NCBI GenBank assembly: GCA_051362555.1
Contig: CM120645.1
Span: 22,258,001 to 22,322,000, forward strand
Reading direction: 5' to 3'
Length of the DNA stretch: 64,000 nt
Source: Lingula anatina
Lineage: Eukaryota > Animalia > Brachiopoda
Numbering within the stretch: position 1 is the stretch's first letter; every line of letters begins with the position of its first letter. Shown one piece after another: positions 57,436 to 64,000 of this stretch. The position numbers were made by a program, and so were the translations under genes. Below the pieces are notes generated by a model, which did not search any database, was not told where the DNA came from, and worked only from the letters and a program-made list of their open reading frames with translations.

Positions 57436-60400
57436 CACGAATGTGATACCACCACTTTCATATCACTGTTTAAATCAAATGTCTTTTGTCAATTCTAGCG
57501 ATGCATGCTAAGAGTTGCTATAGTTAGGGTATTATCATGAGGTGCGGTGAAGGGAAATTTTACCCTTTCTGTGTACGTACTTTAATAAGTTAGCGTGATA
57601 TTTTTTGATGATGGTATTGCAGCCTTGATCACAAAACATTGATTAGGGATCGAACATAAGGTATTTGAAGACAAACAAAACAATTACTGGTTGCATGCTG
57701 GACGAAAAGAAGACACCAACGCACTTATTCAACTGCTGTTATTTCATTCCCTTCTTTCAAATTAGTAATTTCCTACGGAGTTAGTTGGTGCTAAGTTGAA
57801 TTGTGAAAGCATTGCGTGGTTTCCTTTTCCGTGCCGTTGGCTGCACGGCTTTTGTATGGTACGTTCTCGAAAATTGGTTCTAAATTGCCGACAGAACTTA
57901 GCGCATTTGTAATTTGACGTTTTAAATACTAGAGTCGCTCCTCTTTGTTTGTATAAACACTTTTCTGTGTGTTTGCTGAACAAAATCATGCAAATGACTT
58001 TAGTAAACGAGCCACGAACCTAGAATTTGTCTCAAGTCCGTACAATTTTAGCGTCTTCATAGAAGGAATGAATCTGTAGAATTTGATTACATACGAACTC
58101 GATATATTCGAACGAATTCCAAACCAATAGTTGATGATTACAATCTACCACGCTTCTAGTAACTAGTCAACATATCAGATACTTGCTGACAATGATTGCA
58201 ATCATTTCCAGACACTGTGAACCGTGTTCCTTCGCGTAATAAGCAGTTCTTTTTTCCCCTGGTTGATATCAAACGTTATCGTTGGTGAATATCACGTTGT
58301 GACCAAATCTAATGAGCGGTTATGCACGTGTAGTGTTGTTAGGAAGCAGTGCTTTATCACCATATTAAGACATACATGACATGAATGACTCTTAGTCGAG
58401 TTTGACATGTCATCGTGTCACCCTTCAATGATGTCATGATTGGCTGAAGTTTAAAGTACTGTGACATTTGATACCATTTACAACTGCAAGAGAACTTTGG
58501 ACGTAGGCACCCGACTTCACTCTTGTGTTCTTGTGCTTTTTATCACTAATCATTCAGTCAACAAAGCAATGCCAAGGGAACACATATCGTAACTTCTTAG
58601 AATCACACAAGACATGCGATATACAAAGCACCTGTTGGTTTGGCCATTAGCGCTCAGGGTCCTCTCAGAACGCATCATGTTTAATGACACTGAGATCTAA
58701 TACCCTTGCTTAATGACCACCAAGTGGCTGATTCTTCAGGCTCTGAAAATCAATAGAAAAAAACGCATGTCCTGGCTGCTATCGACTGACTGGTATGTAA
58801 CATTATAGTATGTCATTTTGCCAGATGAAGATGCGAGAGAGATTAGCCGCGGGGGTTAAATGTACTTTAATCACTTAATGTGAACATTTACATATGTAGG
58901 TCACCTTGTTCACGCCTCATACTTTTTTCAAATTCACACTGTGCGGATACAAACAGCAAAAAATACTTTGGTTTTCTTATTGACAAAGATGGACTAATTT
59001 TTGGTCACGGAAAACGTAAATTAATCACTGATGCTACGTGTCCCAGCTGTCCTGGCTGATACCTTAGATCCGCTATTTGAGAATAAGAACTTTGGCGCCA
59101 CCTATATTCCTAATACAAATAAAAGATCATAACCAAAAACGTACGTTATGTAAACAAAAATATTCACGCAAGATGGAGCTTAAGAGGTATAGATGTGTCT
59201 GATGAAACTCGTTATCATATATCTTGTTCATCCTAAATGTCAACGCTAGCCTGGCCACTCGCTTTCTTCTTATGACAAGAATGAAAAAATAACTCATTAA
59301 TAGTCAGTTTCACCTTGAATGTCCGACTTGCTCTTCTCTGTGAGTAATGATACCAGGAATGATACACAGCAAGGGGTCAACTCTGTCTGTAATTGTAATT
59401 TCTTTGAAGAAGCTAACTACAGAATCAGAGTTGACAAATGACAAATTGTTCCAAAGCTTCGTCATTACTTTCCAACTCAACGACGCACATTGTAGATTAG
59501 GCTTATACAGAAGACACCGAGCTAAAACCATACAAAGCTCTTGTTTTATTCAAGCGAAATTGGAACCAATGCATGTGACAGAACGAGTAAATTACACAAG
59601 CAATTCCTTGAACAGCGCACAAAATGGTCATCAGGTTTTAGAAGCATATTCGTTTTTGAAAGCATGCAAACTCTTACTAATATATAGAACAATGGTCTCA
59701 GCGCATGCATGGTAATGTTCCATCCAAGAAACATGTGCAATCGATTCATCAATGTCAAAACCGCCTCTTGTTTAGCAAATCTACTGTCACGAGCATTCGG
59801 TTTATAACAAATCTACAGGGTACTGCGGTTTGGTATGATAACTAGATCATCAACACATGAAAAATGGCACTGAGCGGAAATGTATGTCCAGGAATTCTGA
59901 AAAAGCTTCTTGAAACGTATGAGTGTCCGAATGCGATTGTTATGAAAAGTCAACTTAATGTAAAGGCAGAAGACGGGGATCTAAAACAGGACAGAAAATG
60001 GAGACATGACAATAAATATACGTCTGTACTTTTGATAAAAAAGACATCGAACTAGAGTAACTCGAACCCCAGTTTTGGTCCATCAACTAGGTGCAAGCGA
60101 CTACTTGAGACAGACTGCGTGGTTGATGCCCCCCCCCCCCCAACTTTAACGGAGCCTGCAATTTTTTTTTTAAGATCGAGTTTTTAATAATATCCATAAG
60201 ACGGACGTGCTCAATTCGAATCTTTCATTCCCCTAATACTCCATGAAATGGATTTTCTTGTGTTTTCGATACTTATCCCAAAACGATTTCATCAATTCAG
60301 CCTTATTCATTCATCCATTACTTCATTTAAAATTATTTCACCCAAAACGTTTTGCAGACTATCGCATCTTTCCATTCTTTTGCCATTAATATATACGCTT

Positions 60401-62939
60401 CCGTGCATAATTTCAAAATGTTATGCTTTTTTTACAACTTGCAAACTGAAATTGTATTTTAGCATGACGTAATTTAAATCACATAACTGTTATCAATCAC
60501 AAAACAAGGCACAAATCGTGGTGCGTAAAAGTCGTTTGCCATTGCTTAAAGTCTCTCAAGGCTTACAAGCGGGCACCGCCTGAAACTCCGGGAAAATCGA
60601 TACTATTATCACTCTTCATAAATGAATTCACTACTTGTGTTGAGAAAATGTGTGTTTATTATTTGCACGCTACCTTGATATGTGTTAATTATATGACCAC
60701 GAATCTCATTCACTTGGGCGCACACATCAAGCCTCTGATAGAAAGCCAATAAAACCAAGTTATACAAATCATCTAATGAACGCCTGGTATTTGATGTTGC
60801 GATTCATGTTTCTTTGCTGTTGAAATTAAGATTTATTAGACCGGACCGAAGTTCATTCCGCCGAAGCGTAGGATCCAATTACGTATTTCACTGATTTCAT
60901 AAAATTATTAGATTTGGGAGACCTTCATTGGATAGGCGATGCTTTAATTATAAGAAAACGATTGGTTTTAGGTGTGCTTTGATAGCATATTTGGTGTCGT
61001 TTTATTTCAGTGTGCTTTATTCCAAGAGATGATTTAGAAAAGGCAACACAAAACAAGTTTGTTTTTTTTCCCATTTTAATATCTATAATTGCTCTTGATA
61101 ACAATCATTTGACTTGATTGTAGTGATTGCCTTCATCCCATTACCCCATTTGCGGTCTCTTTACATGTTCTTTAGAACAGAAGTTATGAAACAATTTGAT
61201 TTGTTTTGGTTTTGTCAGGACGAAAAATCGATGTATTTTGCACAAACACTTAAATGACATGTTTGTTATGTGTGTTTTGAATTTTAGAGTATAAATAGCC
61301 TGGAGATAAATCGATAAATTTAGGTACCTTAACTAACAAGATGAGGTGTGGGGGAAGCAAATGATTCCTCATAATAGATGTAAATTTGAACTATTATCAG
61401 TAATTTTTCTCGTTTGATGAAGACTACATTAGAAATGATCACGTAATAATCAGTGTGTTCAGGACCACATGTGTAATAACTGGTATACAACACTTGCGAA
61501 ACGGCCAGATCGTCTTGATCCAAAAATACGATTAACTTAATTTAATCAAAAAGCCGACTTAAAGAGGAACCTGACTTATATATTCCATCCAATAATTCAT
61601 TTATATTATACACAATGCAATGGTCCTTTTACTTCTACATTCCAGACAACTCGAGGAAGAATACTCATCGTACGCAGCAAAGGTAGTGCGGCGGGCGTCA
61701 CTGGCTGAGACAGAGAAGAAAGGTGCCCAGTTGTGTCCCATCTGCCACAAGACCGAGTTGACGGAAGGACCGGATAGAATTCGGTTTGGACAGAACGTAT
61801 GCAAAGACTGTGCAAGGTTTATATGTGAGAAGTGCGGTTCGTTTGATACGTCACTTACCACTAATGTGAGTGTATTTTTGGTTAATTTTTCTTGCTTTTA
61901 TAATCAATATCTGAGTTGGTTATGGCACTGTTATTTTAAGGTGTTTTATGTGCGAAAGTCACTCGTGTATTATTGCCCAGTGCATTTACGTATTTATCTA
62001 ATTTAGAAACCTGCAATTTCTTAATACTAATGTGCATGTAGATGTATTAATGTTAACTTGCGACTACTAAACTTAATTGAAAGATGAGCAGTTGCTGTGT
62101 GCCTTTAATTTATGGTATATTTTCGCACTGTGGAATGTTTTCGTAATCACGAGCAAATTAGTTTGTTTCGTTACGTCGCTTATTAACAACACATTTCAAC
62201 TCCATTTAAACTTTCAGGTTATTAAGTGAATGAGATATACCATATTGCCAGTTTAATTAAGAAAATTGATTAAAGACACTGTTTTTAACGCCATAAAGCA
62301 TCACTGAAAACCATATGACGTGTTGTTTTACATTTAAACACCCAATCCTGAAAAAGTATATCGGTCTAGTAAAGAACTAATAGATTCAACTCCCTGCTTG
62401 CGTAACCTTATCAGTTTTCAGTAGCAATATTTTCTTTGTAAATGAGACGATGTTTTTTTCCTGTAATACATTTGTAAAATTATTTTCTAAAAAATTATCA
62501 AATCATGAAAATGTTTTTGTCTGTAATCAGAGAGCGGACCTCACATCCAATGTCCTATACCCTAAATCTTATAATTCACATTGCGGGTTGGGAATGCACA
62601 TTGGGGACGAAACTATTGACTTACTTTGTCTAATATTTGTGATGACTGAATGATTTTTCTTTGATCTTCGAGCTGTTTATAGTAGATTGATAATAACTGC
62701 ATATCCCCTGTGAAAGTAGCATCTGAGCGCTATACGTGATAGTGCTCAAATTGTTGTTCTTCAAGGGGGCAATGTCGGTACCATATATTTACAATGCAAT
62801 AAGCTAATGGGGAAATGTGAGAGGAGACATTATCGAAATGAAATGATCACATTCAATACAGATTTGCATTGTGAGTGTGTCTATTCAGGTAGATCACTCA
62901 GGTGTTTTAGAGTATATGGAAAAATGATCCTGTTGTGTA

Positions 62940-63001
<62 letters not shown>

Positions 63002-64000
63002 TGTATGCGGTATTTTTTTAAGGAAAGAGGCAGTGGCATAAATGTACAAATTAACAGTGGAGGAATCATAGCAGCACGCCAATGCCAGTACAACATGTGT
63101 CTATATAACACGTGGTACCCTATTTGACTGCCTATAATATAGACCCGCTATTGATCTACCAGTAGATGTCCAGATAAATGTCTCCTCTGGTCAGTAAATC
63201 ATCAGAGTTTTTTTTTTTCATTAACTTACGTTATATTAACCCGCCATACTCCTATCAAATTATAGTCTTTGAGTGTGCAGATAACTTACTAAGCTTATCT
63301 TGTCACAGTATTTGAAATATTGGAAAGGTCATTTTGAGGCAGATCGTGTATGCCTATACTAACGCGCCACTTGCCGTTTTAAAAAACCTAGTGTGGGTAG
63401 ATTAATACATTAAGATATTTATTCCCGCTTGTAGAAGGGAAATTATTTCGACTACAGGCGGTTCCAGTAGGTCGTTTTTCATACATCAAACATACACATA
63501 TTTATACTACTAACCTGTTTATAGTCAGTGTAAATATCCAGTATTTACACACATGTTAACGTTTGTATACGCTAAATCTTTCTTTTTCCATCGGGCGCAT
63601 GTTATGCTGTATCATATGAATGATATACATATCTGAGTATTGCAAAACAACCTTTAGATTTGACAAGAAGCTACGTTACAATTGACACAGAGAAGGATAT
63701 AAATAAAACGTCATCATGACAAAGTTATATATACAAATGTATATATATATATAAATTAACCTAATTTTAGGTGATACGATTTAGGATTGGAACCGTATCT
63801 CATTATTTTTCATATCAGTGAGCTAAGTGTAGATCGAGGTCATAAAGAACTCATTATTATTATTATCATTATTTTCCAGTTAAAGGAGTGGGTATGTAAC
63901 ATGTGCCAAAGAAGACGCCGCCTGGTGTTAAGCACGGGACTATGGTACCATGGTTACGAGTCAGGTAAACAACTCCAACAAGTCCAGCGGCTACTCAATA
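35222..64000 (+). CDS. PCLO: Piccolo/RIM-family presynaptic active-zone protein (Fife/Clarinet-like), N-terminal part; continues beyond the right edge
   Basis: Three phase-compatible GT-AG exons (35222-35478, 61646-61865, 63880 to at least 63964) encode MGNETS, the helix DLSHLTEEEKAQITAVLERA, an 8-Cys zinc finger (CPIC/CKDC/CEKC/CNMC) and an SGAWF-like STGLWYHG. The gene symbol is tentative (Piccolo versus RIM). Confidence 0.8.
35890..36063. mobile_element. MITE with 15-bp TIRs and a 5-bp TSD
   Basis: AAATA|CAGGCCCGTAGCCAG...CTGGCTACGGACCTG|AAATA, with poly-G/poly-C subterminal tracts. Confidence 0.8.
37336..37552 (+). mobile_element. Degenerate tRNA-derived SINE remnant
   Basis: A tRNA-like head (GTAGGGTTAAAGTGTCCGCCTCCGAAGCAGGAGGACGTGCGTTC) is followed by GTACCTACTGTCTCCTCGTTTGGCACTCAGCACTTAGGGG, which resembles invertebrate SINE central domains as recalled; not database-verified. 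Confidence 0.45.
41915..41955. repeat. (GA)n microsatellite
   Basis: Read directly. Confidence 0.9.
44527..44572. repeat. (TG)n microsatellite
   Basis: Read directly. Confidence 0.9.
44815..45018. mobile_element. Truncated CMC/EnSpm-like element with a ~35-bp tandem duplication
   Basis: GCATCAACGTATGAGAAAAATTGTCCATTCGT occurs twice. The element ends TTTGCTGGG|TA like the MITE at 26119. Confidence 0.45.
45530..45732. repeat. Degenerate (TAGAA)n purine-rich simple repeat
   Basis: Recurrent TAGAA/GAATAG/AAGAG units. Confidence 0.7.
53107..53209. repeat. (GTTATATCCT)3 plus (TATAT)n simple repeats
   Basis: Read directly. Confidence 0.85.
61646..61865 (+). CDS. Piccolo/RIM-like coding exon 2 (zinc finger, first six Cys)
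   Basis: TTCCAG|A CAA CTC...ACT AAT|GTGAGT encodes QLEEEYSSYAAKVVRRASLAETEKKGAQLCPICHKTELTEGPDRIRFGQNVCKDCARFICEKCGSFDTSLTTN. Confidence 0.88.
62945..63004. repeat. (CT)n(GT)n compound microsatellite
   Basis: Read directly. Confidence 0.9.
63880..63964 (+). CDS. Piccolo/RIM-like coding exon 3 (completes the zinc finger; SGAWF-like motif); not in the ORF track
   Basis: TTTTCCAG|TTA AAG GAG TGG GTA TGT AAC ATG TGC... encodes LKEWVCNMCQRRRRLVLSTGLWYHGYES. There is a possible donor CAG|GTAAAC at 63964, but the frame also stays open to 64000 (GKQLQQVQRLLN). Confidence 0.85.

Noticed and set aside
35479-61645. Conserved intronic microRNAs
   Set aside because: No mature sequence of a common bilaterian miRNA family was recognised by eye, although a computational scan is needed to exclude one.

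Overview
This is an AT-rich, intron-rich animal genomic window, probably from an invertebrate such as a lophotrochozoan (inference only). Almost all ORFs in the supplied track are noise, so the genes were rebuilt by hand from splice signals. From left to right: (1) the 5' end of a cathepsin L-like gene on the minus strand, running off the left edge; (2) four tandem, intact, 8-exon mu-class glutathione S-transferase genes on the plus strand (3217-22836), each 223 aa; (3) a second cathepsin L-like gene on the minus strand (23628-27757), tail-to-tail with GST4, whose splice donor next to the active site reads GG instead of GT; (4) the first three coding exons of a presynaptic Piccolo/RIM (Fife/Clarinet-like) scaffold gene on the plus strand, from 35222 to the right edge, with a 26-kb first intron. 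MITEs, a solo LTR, a SINE remnant and microsatellites are interspersed. Main points of interest are GST divergence focused on the substrate-binding site with a 5-aa insertion, mosaic sequence exchange among GST paralogues, a stranded cathepsin 3'UTR marking a duplication breakpoint, the splice-damaged cathepsin, and a Piccolo-type myristoylation start joined to a complete RIM-type Rab-binding domain downstream of a perfect ETS-CRE motif. I found no convincing wholly new biological system.
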